Shown piece after piece: positions 1 through 9,732 of a stretch of 47,163 bases of DNA. The notes under the pieces were generated by a model. The model made no database searches, was not told the DNA's origin, and saw only the letters and a list, made by a program, of their open reading frames with translations. Numbering within the stretch: the first letter of the stretch is position 1; every line of letters begins with the position of its first letter. Source of the stretch: Salisapilia sapeloensis CBS 127946. Lineage: Eukaryota; Protista; Oomycota. A program made the translations under genes and the position numbers. The DNA is taken from the NCBI GenBank assembly GCA_023334545.1, contig JAADVB010000149.1, positions 1 to 47,163 on the forward strand, in the 5' to 3' direction.

Positions 1-117
1 GCCTTGGTTGCCACCGTTCTGGCCTTGGTTCTGGCCCTGGTTGTTGCCGTCTTCGTAGCCACCGTTCTGGCCTTGGTTACCACCGTTCTGGCCTTGGTTC
101 TGGTCCTGGTTGCCTCC
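1..117 (-). repeat. Coding imperfect tandem repeat (NQGQNGG units) in the LPMO tail
   Basis: CACCGTTCTGGCCTTGGTT occurs at 12-30, 60-78 and 81-99 on +, with degenerate copies between; it encodes NQGQNGG on the minus strand. Confidence 0.85.
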
Positions 118-795
118 ACCGTAAGCGTTGCCGTTGTCGTTAGCCGGAGCCTCGAAGTTGTTTTCATCACCGTTGGCAGCAGAGTTCTCCGCAGCCGGAG
201 GTGCACCGCCGGCTTCACCGCCAGATCCATTTTCAATCTGGACACAGTTCTTGTACACCTGCCAGTCAGCTTCGTGAAGAGCAAGCCAGTAGAAGGTCAG
301 CTCACACGTGCCAGAGCATTTGGAGTAGTCGACCGGGATGGCAGCCGGGAAGTCCGGGTACGTGGAAACGCAGTTGTCATCCTGAGCAACCATTTGGTCG
401 TCAATCCAGACTTCGCACGGGCCAGTGTGGGACTTGACGAATCCGACCTTCTCCTGATCATTCTGCCAGGTCAAGGTGCTCATGCCACTCACATCGACCG
501 GAGTGGCCTGGCCGTCCGTAGCACCACATCCGTCAACGTTGGCGTCGATGAGCTCCTTGAGGCTCTTGTACTTGGAGTTGGCAAAGGCGTCCGAGAACGT
601 GTCGACGTTCTGTTGCGGGCTGCCATTCCATTTAAGGCCGCCAAATGCGTCCGGGTCAGACGACTCGGAAATGGTCGTGAGGAAAGAAGTGTCAACTCCA
701 TTTGGGAACGTAGCCTCCGGCTGGGAAACGTAGCCGTGGGCGTGGGCCTGATGGGCAGACAAAGCCGCGAGAGCGATCGAGAGGAAGAGCTTCAT
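1..795 (-). CDS. Secreted AA17-family lytic polysaccharide monooxygenase with N/Q/G-rich low-complexity tail (3'-partial, runs off window start)
   Basis: Manual translation from ATG 795: MKLFLSIALAALSAHQAHA|HGYVSQP...GFVKSHTGPCEVWIDD...FYWLALHEADWQVYKNCVQI, then NQGQNGG repeats. A signal peptide is followed by an N-terminal His (codon 738-736), a second His in SHxGPCE and a WQxYxxC motif, matching oomycete AA17 LPMOs. The frame is stop-free to base 1, which is why the ORF track omits it. Confidence 0.87.
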   Translation of the reverse strand, partial: MKLFLSIALAALSAHQAHAHGYVSQPEATFPNGVDTSFLTTISESSDPDAFGGLKWNGSPQQNVDTFSDAFANSKYKSLKELIDANVDGCGATDGQATPVDVSGMSTLTWQNDQEKVGFVKSHTGPCEVWIDDQMVAQDDNCVSTYPDFPAAIPVDYSKCSGTCELTFYWLALHEADWQVYKNCVQIENGSGGEAGGAPPAAENSAANGDENNFEAPANDNGNAYGGGNQDQNQGQNGGNQGQNGGYEDGNNQGQNQGQNGGNQG

Positions 796-1846
796 GTTGT
801 TCTTTCTGATGGTGTGCTCGGATGAAGGCAAATTGCAGAATGAGATTAATCGCCTTTGCTAGATCGACGACATCCGTCCATCCACCCTGGTTGCTAGCTT
901 CGTCAGCTCGACCTTCCCTCTAACCAGATGGCAAGCGGGTTTTTTACGAGATCTAATTTACGATCAAAAGACTCTAGTCCGAAGTATGCTACTGCACAGC
1001 GGGTTGCGATGTTACAATTGAACGCTGCTTAATCGTCGTCTGTACCCACTACATCGCACATATACTTTATCCAAGTGATAAAGCTGCGTTTAATCCAGAT
1101 GGTTTGGGTGCGCGCACGTCTTTCCAGGACTACAGGAAAGGCTGGCGAGCAACCTCTTGCCAAACGTTCTTTTCTGTCTCTATATATGACTGTTCTTCAT
1201 ACAGCACGTGCCTAGAATGGAGTTTCTTGGATATTATATATGCGATCTTGTTGACGAGTGAGCAAGTTTTACAGATAGTCGCTGTCCTATGCTTCAAATT
1301 GTTCCTGCGTCTGATTAATGCGATGTCTGGCACGTTTGCTCTGGATTGACTCAGAATGCTTTATAGAGTGAGCGTAAACTCAAATTTCTACTTGCTCTAG
1401 AAACAGCTTGCATGCATACGCGATAACTTTTGTTTCCCGAGACTGCTCTACAACTTTATTCAAGTCCTATCTACGGCTTTGAACCAACCCACGCGACAAA
1501 ATGCGAAATTACCATCGCAATGTGCCGTGTTAGCGACGTAGCTTGGAGGCACTACTTTCTACGATAAGGCGCCCAAATATCCATACGATTCATCCCACAC
1601 AAAATCTTGTATTCACCATATCCTGACGTCAATATCACATCTCAACTACTTGTACAACCACAGCAATAAGCTATAAATATCATCACTACTTCCAAATCCA
1701 CGCTGCCTTCGTAAGGCCAGAAGATATTTCTGATCCTTTGGATATCATGTTCCACCAACCAAATTTCATTGTTTAACAATCTATCCAATCAGCTTGTCTT
1801 AGTCCGCCCGCGTCCAAACGCGTTCTCACCGCCATCCACGCAAAGC

Positions 1847-3895
1847 ATGACCGACGCCGCTCCCCTCGATATCGACGGCCTTCGTGCCCAAGTCACCCGC
1901 CAAGGTGCTCTCGTTCGTGAGCTGAAACAGAACGGCGGCGCAGCAGCCGATGTCAAGGCTGCCGTCGACAAGCTCAAGGCTCTCAAGATCGAGTTCGAGG
2001 CCGCTGCGGCCACTCTCGACACGTCCGATACACTCTCGAAGAAAGAGAAGAAGGCGTTAGATGATTTGCTTATCCGTAAGATGTTTGTCGTCCCGTCCTT
2101 TGAGATCTACGGTGGTATCGGTGGTTTCTACGACTATGGTCCACCCGCCTGTGCCTTGAAAGCCAATCTCCTCCAGACCTGGCGACAGCACTTTGTTTTC
2201 TCCGACAAGCTCCTCGAAATTGAATGCACCAACCTCATGCCAGAGATTGTCCTCAAGACGTCCGGTCACGTCGACCGATTCACGGATCTCATGGTCAAGT
2301 GCGTCAAGTCGGGTGAATGCTACCGAGCGGACAAACTGCTCGAAGACCACGTCGACAATCTGCTCGACAAGAACCCGTCCATGTCTGATGAAGAGCGCGA
2401 TCGTCACCAGATGCACGCCACTATGGCCGAGTCGTATTCTCCTGAAGAGATCCACAAGGTTTTCCAGGAATATGGCATCAAAGCTCCTGGCACTGGCGCC
2501 GACTTGAGCTTCCCTGTCCCGTTCAACCTCATGTTCCAATGCCAGATCGGTCCGGAAGGCAATCTTCAAGGCTACCTCCGCCCCGAGACGGCGCAAGGCA
2601 TCTTCCTCAACTTCCGTCGGTTGCTCGAGTACAACGCCGGTAAAGTTCCATTCGGTTGTGCTCAAATCGGCAGCGCCTTTCGTAACGAGATCAGTCCTCG
2701 TGGCGGTCTCTTGCGTGTGCGAGAGTTCGCTCAGGCCGAGATCGAGTACTTTGTCAACCCGAAAGACAAGGCACACCCGAAGTTCAGTACCATCAAGGAC
2801 AAACAATTGGCGTTATTAACGAAAACACATCAGCTATCGGATGGCAAGACCATCTACATGACGTGTGGTGATGCTGTGGAACAAGGTGTGATTAACAACG
2901 AAAGTCTGGCGTACTACCTCGCACGTACGTATGCTTTCGTGCAAGCTATTGGCTTGGACATGGAACGCGTACGCTTCCGTCAGCACTTGGACACTGAGAT
3001 GTCGCACTACGCGACGGATTGTTGGGATTTGGAAGTCAAGCTGTCGTCTGGATGGGTCGAATGTGCTGGACACGCGGATCGATCCTGCTATGACTTGACG
3101 GTGCACTCGAAGAAGAGCAAGGTCGAGATGGTCGGTACGCACAAGTTCCCGACGCCAGTGAAGCGACAGGTCGTGGAGATCCAGGCGAATAAGGGCAAGA
3201 TCGGTCGAGCGTTTAAGAAGGAAGCAGCTCTAGTGAATGAAGAGCTAGAGGAGCTGAAGCAGGATCTAGAAAAAGCACAAGAAGTGGAAGCCGAGTTGGA
3301 GAAGAATGGCAAGGTCACGATCGGTCCGAACTGCACTGGAAAGGAGTTCGAGTTGGAGCGAGACATGGTGTCGCTGCGTATTGTCGAGAAGACTTTGAAT
3401 GAAGAAAAGTTCATTCCATCCGTGATCGAACCGTCCTTTGGTGTCGGTCGGATCCTCGCGGCCATCTTTGAGCACAGCTACTCTGCGCGAGAAGGAGATG
3501 AGAAGCGTGGTGTTATGGCGTTTGCACCGAAGATTGCGCCGGTGAAGGTGTCGGTGCTGCCGTTGAGCACGAACACTGCATTCGATCCGATTGTAGAGAA
3601 ACTGGAAACAGAGTTCTCGGACGAAGGTGTCGAGTGCAAGGTGGACTCGAGTAGCGCTGCCATTGGCCGCAAGTACGCTCGTGCGGATGAACTTGGCATC
3701 CCCTTCAATGTGACGGTGGACTTTGATACGACCAAGGATGATACCGTGACGCTCCGAGAGCGTGACTCGACGAAGCAGGTGCGACTTCCGATGAAGGATG
3801 TGGTCGATAATGTACGCAAGTTGGTGCGTGGTACGCGTTCGTGGGAAGAGATGACGCAGGAGTATCCTGTAGTTGCCACGCCGGATGACAAGTAA
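1847..3895 (+). CDS. GARS1: Glycyl-tRNA synthetase (eukaryotic alpha2 type) with N-terminal WHEP domain; intronless
   Basis: WHEP-like QVTRQGALVRELK...AAVDKLKALK, then FEIYGGIGGFYDYGP, SGHVDRFTD, LRPETAQGIF, LLRVREF, VIEPSFGVGRI and the anticodon-domain IGRKYARADELGIPF. First in-frame ATG is 1847; the track start at 1769 is TTG. Confidence 0.96.
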   Translation: MTDAAPLDIDGLRAQVTRQGALVRELKQNGGAAADVKAAVDKLKALKIEFEAAAATLDTSDTLSKKEKKALDDLLIRKMFVVPSFEIYGGIGGFYDYGPPACALKANLLQTWRQHFVFSDKLLEIECTNLMPEIVLKTSGHVDRFTDLMVKCVKSGECYRADKLLEDHVDNLLDKNPSMSDEERDRHQMHATMAESYSPEEIHKVFQEYGIKAPGTGADLSFPVPFNLMFQCQIGPEGNLQGYLRPETAQGIFLNFRRLLEYNAGKVPFGCAQIGSAFRNEISPRGGLLRVREFAQAEIEYFVNPKDKAHPKFSTIKDKQLALLTKTHQLSDGKTIYMTCGDAVEQGVINNESLAYYLARTYAFVQAIGLDMERVRFRQHLDTEMSHYATDCWDLEVKLSSGWVECAGHADRSCYDLTVHSKKSKVEMVGTHKFPTPVKRQVVEIQANKGKIGRAFKKEAALVNEELEELKQDLEKAQEVEAELEKNGKVTIGPNCTGKEFELERDMVSLRIVEKTLNEEKFIPSVIEPSFGVGRILAAIFEHSYSAREGDEKRGVMAFAPKIAPVKVSVLPLSTNTAFDPIVEKLETEFSDEGVECKVDSSSAAIGRKYARADELGIPFNVTVDFDTTKDDTVTLRERDSTKQVRLPMKDVVDNVRKLVRGTRSWEEMTQEYPVVATPDDK

Positions 3896-4095
3896 AGAAA
3901 ACAAGAGCATTGCATTTGTCATAGCATTTTCACTAAAAGGTTTTATGGGCGGTAGTGGAGGTTATATCTAGGCTACTTGGATATTGATTGTAGAGGTTTC
4001 TTGATCTTTATCTACTGCAGATACAGATCGACTTGAAGGATATTATAAGGATACATGCTGTATTATATGTCTATCGCTCCTAGTAACATGGCGAG

Positions 4096-4591
4096 CTATA
4101 TGCATGGACGAAAGTAGATCACGTCGACACCTTTACATCTCATAAACTGCTTGGCTCCTTCCAACCTACTCGCAGTACATTTTGTTACCATCACTTGTGA
4201 ACTACCTTCTGCACAGGTTGTAAATGGACCTTATTCGCAATGTACCTTCGTTCTCTATTTCGTACGTCCATTCAATCCCAGTCTTGTCGCCTACAGACCG
4301 TCAGCATCACTTGCTATTTCGATAGAAATCCATGATCTACATACCTTCCACAAGGAGAAGACAACCATGCGTTCGATATGGTTGCTCTGATGCAGGTGCA
4401 TGCTGAAACGTATTGGTCACATCCACTTCTCCATCTTCCTCCATTCGAAATATTTTAAAGTCTAGCTTTCCCTCGTCAAAGCATACTCTCAGCTTCGTTC
4501 CTCCCTTCTTCAACGCACGCGTCCAATCGAGCGCAGTATTTCCAAACGCATCGGTACTCTCCCATGTCCCCTTTAACTCTTCCGTCGACAT
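4096..4591 (-). CDS. Small multi-exon hypothetical protein (3' exon structure uncertain)
   Basis: ATG 4591 opens 82 codons (MSTEELKGTWESTDAFGNTALDW...). A 54-nt GTATGT..CTGTAG intron (4344-4291) joins in phase to GDKTGIEWTYEIENE. Several further splice paths exist, one ending at TAG 4098-4096. No family recognised. Confidence 0.4.
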
Positions 4592-4716
4592 GTATAATAA
4601 TTTTGTGTTCAAGATGAAACGACTAGAGGTAGAAAATCATTCTTGTTTCTCTCCTCCAAGATGGAACTTGCTAAGCTACGGAAATAAAAGTAAAGTTCTT
4701 CATACAAACGCCTTTT

Positions 4717-7407
4717 CTAGACGATCGAAGTAGGTCCACGTCCATTGTTCGACGCAAACTGTTCATCCTCATGCAACGCCGCGTAATGGTCTTCCAACTG
4801 TCGATTTGAGTTCTCTGGATACCCATTGCCATTTCCAGCACGAGACTTGTCAATCAACTGACGACGAATACCTTCCGTATGGATGTACACGAGGTGGCAG
4901 ATGCTTCCAAGCAATCTCGCGCCGTTAATCACCGCAACGATGATGAATAGCACAGGTAAAAAGTCATGCGCTTTCACGTACGTGGTCATCACGAGAGCAT
5001 AGATGACGTTCGCAAATGCCCATGTGATCAGGATATTCGTTCGGAAGGCCTCAAACTGACGCTTTTTACCGTCCATACGTTCTTCCATGTCCCTCCTCTT
5101 CTCTTCCAACGCCTTGCGTTTCGCCAAGACGTCTTTAAAGTCTCCTTTCTCACTCTCATCGGGTGCAGCAAGTCCTGCATCTTGTGTTAAGCCCTTGGTT
5201 CCCCACGACAGGTCTTGTAGATTACAGAACGAGTAGATCGTAAAGATATTCACAAAGCTAGGGATGAGGGCCGTGTAGTGCGTGAACGTCAGGACGATAT
5301 GATGGACTTCCCCCTGAAGCGCTGGACCGATAAAGAAGACACCGACCGTCAAGAGAGACACGACGATGGCGTATTTGTCTAAGGTGCCAGTGAAGAAGAC
5401 ACCGATACCAACGAGGGAGCTGAGGATCATGATGATGCCGAAGAGAGCGCTGACAAAGTAATACGTGAACTTCATGTGCTTTGGATCGTTTCCGAGACCG
5501 ATGATGATCAGCATGAGGAGACCGAACAGGTAGATGATGTTGAACAGGTAGACAGCAGCGTCTCTCGCTGCATCTGAGTAGTCCGACGTGTCGATAAATC
5601 CAAGTCGATTCTCTTGGAAACCTTGGAAGACGATGAAGAAGAGCGCGAGGTAGACATTTGCTGGGAGGACGAACGAGAACAAGGTGAAGAGGACGTGGTA
5701 GATGTAGTAGAAGAGCAGGAAGAACTTGCGGAAGAACGAGTGAGAGCTCTCCGAGTACACGCGACGCCAGTTCCAAATGTTGAACAGCGTGGCGAAGAAG
5801 GCACCGTTTAGCCAACGCTTGCGCTGGGCAATGAGACCGACGAGGTCATGCGGCACATCCGTTCTTGCAACTGCATCCTTCACGTAGTGCATCGTCCAGT
5901 TACAATTCTTACGAGCGAGGATCTCAAAGCATAGAATACGATCCTCTGCAAGGTACATGTTCCCGATGAACGGTCCAAGGACATCCAGATCGACATTCAG
6001 CGTCTGGAAATACGCGTCCAAAGGCGCTCCTCGAATCGCCACCCATCTATAGGCGGAGAAAGCGCCTGGGAGGACACTAATGTATCCAAAGCAGCTTTCG
6101 AGACTCTTGTCCAAGATGTTCGAGATCTTGTACTCAAAGTTTTGAGCTGACACGACCCAGTTCGCAACGTTTTTAAACGGATCTTCCACGGCTAATTGAC
6201 CACACGTGCCTCCGATCTGATGGTTGTTTTCAAAGGCGTATAGCGTGTGGTACAAGGCGCTCTTCGTCGGCATCGTCCCGACGTCCATGATGACAGTGTA
6301 CTCTGGCTGGATCTGCTCTGCAAAGGCACTAAAGTACCAGTGGTGCGAGTCCAGCTTCGATGCTTTATTCTCTTTCAAGGCAAAGACCGTTTGCATCGGC
6401 AACAAGCTCTTGCCGTTCACACTTAGCTGTAGCGTGTGCTCGAAGACGTGGCAATGAGCGCCGATACCAGCACTGTTAATGGTCAGCAAGTCTTCGTCGT
6501 ATAGCCCGATGGCTTCCAGGTAATCCAGCATCTTCTCATTGATCTGCTGTCGACCATCGGCAATGATACACACAACAACGTTCTGCCAAATGTCTTCGCC
6601 ATAGTACGTATTCGTAAGCGACTTATCGTGGTTGGCTTGCTGGTTACGCAAGTACGCGAGGTTGTTCCCAAGCTTTCTCAATGTCGCTTTCAATTGCTGC
6701 GGTCCCTCGTTGTAAATCGTGATACCGATCATCAACCTCGGTCGTCGGTTCATCTCGACGCATCGTAATCTGTATCCGGCGTTCGTAAAGTCCACTGGGT
6801 TCGGACAATAGACTGGCGTGTACCACGTCCGCTTCGCCTCTTCTTCTTCCAAGAACGGTCCGACCCAATCGTCATCCCAAAGACTGACGGGAATACCCAC
6901 CTTGTGGACACCTGGACGAGGGTATCGTTCATCCACGCGGCCCTCAATCCAGTCACAGAGCTTTCCACACCAATTGAGCATCTCAAAGCCTTTGCTCGTA
7001 AGCAAGTTACAGATCTTGGGATTCGGCTGACGTTCCGCTACATTTGCCATGGCATATCCACCATCCAGGTAGAGCTTTAAAGCGTCTCGATAACGTCGAG
7101 TCTTGAGCGCTTCTGCCGCACGATCGAGCGTCGATAGAGCCTCTTCCACGGACGGAATTTCATTATATGTTCGCACGAGGTCCGTCGCACTCGCGTATGA
7201 CTTCATGGACCCAATGAGATCCTGTACACTACGTGGGGGGAAGGCACTACTCGTCGGGATGTAACTCGACGTGTAGGCTTGGGAACCACACGAGCGGATC
7301 GACGCTGGTGGCTGTGCTTCATAATCGCCATTGGATTGTACGGAGGATGGCGGTGCCTGTGCTGATAACGGAGGTAAAAGGTGCTGCGAGTTCGGATGTC
7401 CGCTCAT
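4717..7407 (-). CDS. CHS: Chitin synthase (GT2) with N-terminal MIT domain; intronless
   Basis: MIT-like helices (EEALSTLDRAAEAL..RYRDALKLY), ITIYNE, IIADGR, MDVGT, SVLPGAFSAYR, YLAEDRIL, QRKRW, C-terminal TM helices and SWGTKG. Start placed at MSGHP (7407); an in-frame ATG at 7491 is an alternative. Confidence 0.96.
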   Translation of the reverse strand: MSGHPNSQHLLPPLSAQAPPSSVQSNGDYEAQPPASIRSCGSQAYTSSYIPTSSAFPPRSVQDLIGSMKSYASATDLVRTYNEIPSVEEALSTLDRAAEALKTRRYRDALKLYLDGGYAMANVAERQPNPKICNLLTSKGFEMLNWCGKLCDWIEGRVDERYPRPGVHKVGIPVSLWDDDWVGPFLEEEEAKRTWYTPVYCPNPVDFTNAGYRLRCVEMNRRPRLMIGITIYNEGPQQLKATLRKLGNNLAYLRNQQANHDKSLTNTYYGEDIWQNVVVCIIADGRQQINEKMLDYLEAIGLYDEDLLTINSAGIGAHCHVFEHTLQLSVNGKSLLPMQTVFALKENKASKLDSHHWYFSAFAEQIQPEYTVIMDVGTMPTKSALYHTLYAFENNHQIGGTCGQLAVEDPFKNVANWVVSAQNFEYKISNILDKSLESCFGYISVLPGAFSAYRWVAIRGAPLDAYFQTLNVDLDVLGPFIGNMYLAEDRILCFEILARKNCNWTMHYVKDAVARTDVPHDLVGLIAQRKRWLNGAFFATLFNIWNWRRVYSESSHSFFRKFFLLFYYIYHVLFTLFSFVLPANVYLALFFIVFQGFQENRLGFIDTSDYSDAARDAAVYLFNIIYLFGLLMLIIIGLGNDPKHMKFTYYFVSALFGIIMILSSLVGIGVFFTGTLDKYAIVVSLLTVGVFFIGPALQGEVHHIVLTFTHYTALIPSFVNIFTIYSFCNLQDLSWGTKGLTQDAGLAAPDESEKGDFKDVLAKRKALEEKRRDMEERMDGKKRQFEAFRTNILITWAFANVIYALVMTTYVKAHDFLPVLFIIVAVINGARLLGSICHLVYIHTEGIRRQLIDKSRAGNGNGYPENSNRQLEDHYAALHEDEQFASNNGRGPTSIV

Positions 7408-7764
7408 CTTGCAACGAGACGGTAAATTGGCAAGTGAGGTCGTTCCATTCACTCGGGTTCCTGCGGGAGATGCCAAGCGACTCTCTCCCATGCAGAACCT
7501 TTTCAAGATACGTTCGTATATAATAAACTATTGGAATGACACTTCAACGTTTCAGACGAAACCTGCGTTCATCTGTACATGAGCTAAGTGGAGAAGGTGT
7601 AAGACGTGGTAGATGATTTATCTCCAAAAGCATGTTCATCAGAAGGTAGAGAAGTGCAGTTGATACGGAAGAAGGGATTGGACTAGATAGGAAAGAAGAT
7701 CTATACTTTGTCTCATACTTTAAAACTACTTTTTCCCGCCCAAACAAATCCAAAACAGCAAGAA

Positions 7765-8058
7765 ATGACCAAGTCGAGCGAGAAAGAAGCTACTGGACAC
7801 ACTGGGAAGCGAAAGCGTTCAGCTCGAGCTGTCACCACGGCTTCGCGTCTACGCACGAGTGAGTTGCTCGCTTCTACTCGTGACGAGTTGGTCCAGATCA
7901 AAGTACCTTTCCACCATCCATTCTTATCATCAATCGGCTAATTCACGTATCAACAGTCGGATCTAGAATCCATTGGTGCCGAACGTCGTGTCTTAATCGA
8001 TGAAGATCCAAAGAGTATTAAAACGACATTACCGCTTCAAGTCGCCAAGAAAAATTAA
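7765..8058 (+). CDS. 79-aa two-exon hypothetical protein
   Basis: Exon 1 7765-7902 (46 codons), 54-nt intron 7903-7956 (GTACCT...CTAAT...CAACAG), exon 2 7957-8058 open in phase 0. Product MTKSSEKEATGHTGKRKRSARAVTTASRLRTSELLASTRDELVQIKSDLESIGAERRVLIDEDPKSIKTTLPLQVAKKN. Confidence 0.6.
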
Positions 8059-8064
8059 TTCCAT

Positions 8065-9141
8065 CTATTGCTTCATGAAAAACGAACGTAAATCCTTTTG
8101 CTTGCCAGGAGCAGCACTCTTCGCGACTTGTTTCCGCTTTTTAGCGGTTGCCAATTGCTCCTTCCGCTTTGCTTCCCGCATACTCTTCTCCTTGGCGATT
8201 TCCTCTGCACTCATCTCCACTTCTTCCACACTCTCCTCCGTTACCATGTATCCTTGCTCATTAATCCTCGTCTTTGGTACCACTACCTGGCGTTTCGTCG
8301 GCACTTCAATCTCCATCGACACGTCTTCATCCGATTCGTTATTCGCCGTCCCGGTCGTTGTCTCGGGATCATTCGATTCTGGAGACGCAACTAACTTTCG
8401 TTTCACCGAACGAGACTTTGGCTTCTCTACTTCTTCCTCATCGTCCTCAATGATCCGTTTACCGGTCTTAGGCACAAACTTGGGAGCATCGTTATCGCTA
8501 TCACTGTCACTATCAACCGATAGAACGTTGTCCATGTTCGAAGGGTCTACTTTCTGTCGTTCCTCCTTCTTTGGTGGAGGTTGCACCACTTTTGGTTTGG
8601 CGCTTTTCTTACTACTAGCAGGGAAGAATGGTTTGCTAGGCTTGGGTGCTTTAATAGAATCGAATAACGAAATAGCTTCTTCTCCTTTGGCTTGAGTAGC
8701 ATTCTGTCGAGATGCGATATGAGTATTGGCGATGGGAGATGTGTAATAGGACTCAAGAGACGAAGTTAGACCGTGCTGCTTGGGTTGATCGTCAAAAGCA
8801 GCATTCCTATTCTGACGCTCTTGTAGCCACAGTGCAGTCGGAAGTGAGGATGGTTTGACGGTAGAGCTGTAGATGCCATAGATAGAGGACGAGTCGTCAG
8901 CAGTGGAAGGACGTAAGCGGATGGTACGAGAGCGAGGATCTACACCAGGTTTCGAGGTCCCATTAATCTCGACTTGGACGTGGAGGGTCTGCACGTCCGT
9001 AGCGTGAGAAGCAGCAAAGTCGCGAAGAGCAGTGCGACTAGTACTAGTGTCTACTTGGGATACTAAACTAAGCGATCGGTAGGATAGCGGCTCCTGCCCA
9101 TCCAGCACTGTCGTGGCAATCGCCTCCTCGCATGCACTCAT
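8065..9141 (-). CDS. POLD3: DNA polymerase delta subunit 3 (p66/Cdc27)
   Basis: N-terminal VLDGQEPLSYRSLS and SSSIYGIY segments, long disordered K/E/S/P-rich middle, TRINEQGYMVTEE motif and a C-terminal PCNA PIP box QKDLRSFF. ATG at 9141; the track start is TTG. Confidence 0.87.
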   Translation of the reverse strand: MSACEEAIATTVLDGQEPLSYRSLSLVSQVDTSTSRTALRDFAASHATDVQTLHVQVEINGTSKPGVDPRSRTIRLRPSTADDSSSIYGIYSSTVKPSSLPTALWLQERQNRNAAFDDQPKQHGLTSSLESYYTSPIANTHIASRQNATQAKGEEAISLFDSIKAPKPSKPFFPASSKKSAKPKVVQPPPKKEERQKVDPSNMDNVLSVDSDSDSDNDAPKFVPKTGKRIIEDDEEEVEKPKSRSVKRKLVASPESNDPETTTGTANNESDEDVSMEIEVPTKRQVVVPKTRINEQGYMVTEESVEEVEMSAEEIAKEKSMREAKRKEQLATAKKRKQVAKSAAPGKQKDLRSFFMKQ

Positions 9142-9732
9142 CTCGCGTTCGTTGTGTGCTTTTCGCGCCAATTTGGACCAAAGAAAAGAATTTAGACGAA
9201 AGAAAAGATGTAGGCAGGTGTATCTTGAAACACTGTGCGATCCGGCTAAGTTGAATAGCTATTCGTCCCCTTCTCAGGGTTTGATCCGGGTGTCCAAGTG
9301 CTTTCGCAACATATTGAAGCCTTTTTGCATAACGTAATATTGAGGATGCGAACTTGATATCTCTTTATTGTTCCTGTAGCCTTGTATACGCCTCACCAAT
9401 GCCCTGGAGTATGGTTACTTTGGCTCTCTTCCGCCATCTCTGACTCATTCACGTCCACACACTTTATAACAGCCATCTCATGGAGCGATTTAAAGGCACA
9501 GAGTCTAATTACGTCAATCGACTATTGTAGCTCTCTTCAAACGCCTTGTAATCGAGTCCGAATGGATGCCTTTAAGCTCTCAATCCAGACCAACGTAGAA
9601 CCAATACTCGCAATAAGACACAACAAGGTACTATGTACGTATAGAGCCAAACTATTCTGTCTTTCGTCTTGGTTCCTTTTTACCTAAAACATCTCGATAT
9701 CTGTCGTACCTACTTTTTCAGAAAACTCCAAT

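Noticed and set aside
4-825. 273-aa plus-strand ORF with hydrophobic VLALV repeats
   Set aside because: Antisense shadow of the LPMO; the repeats are the reverse complement of NQGQNGG codons and the start is TTG.
826-1714. Short ORFs between LPMO and GlyRS (1104-1349 +, 1130-1333 -)
   Set aside because: Non-ATG starts, no consistent splice model and no motifs; best read as a divergent promoter region.
9180-9732. ORFs 9113-9337 and 9382-9687 as a possible plus-strand gene
   Set aside because: No usable ATG outside POLD3, and the splice paths I tried end in early stops.
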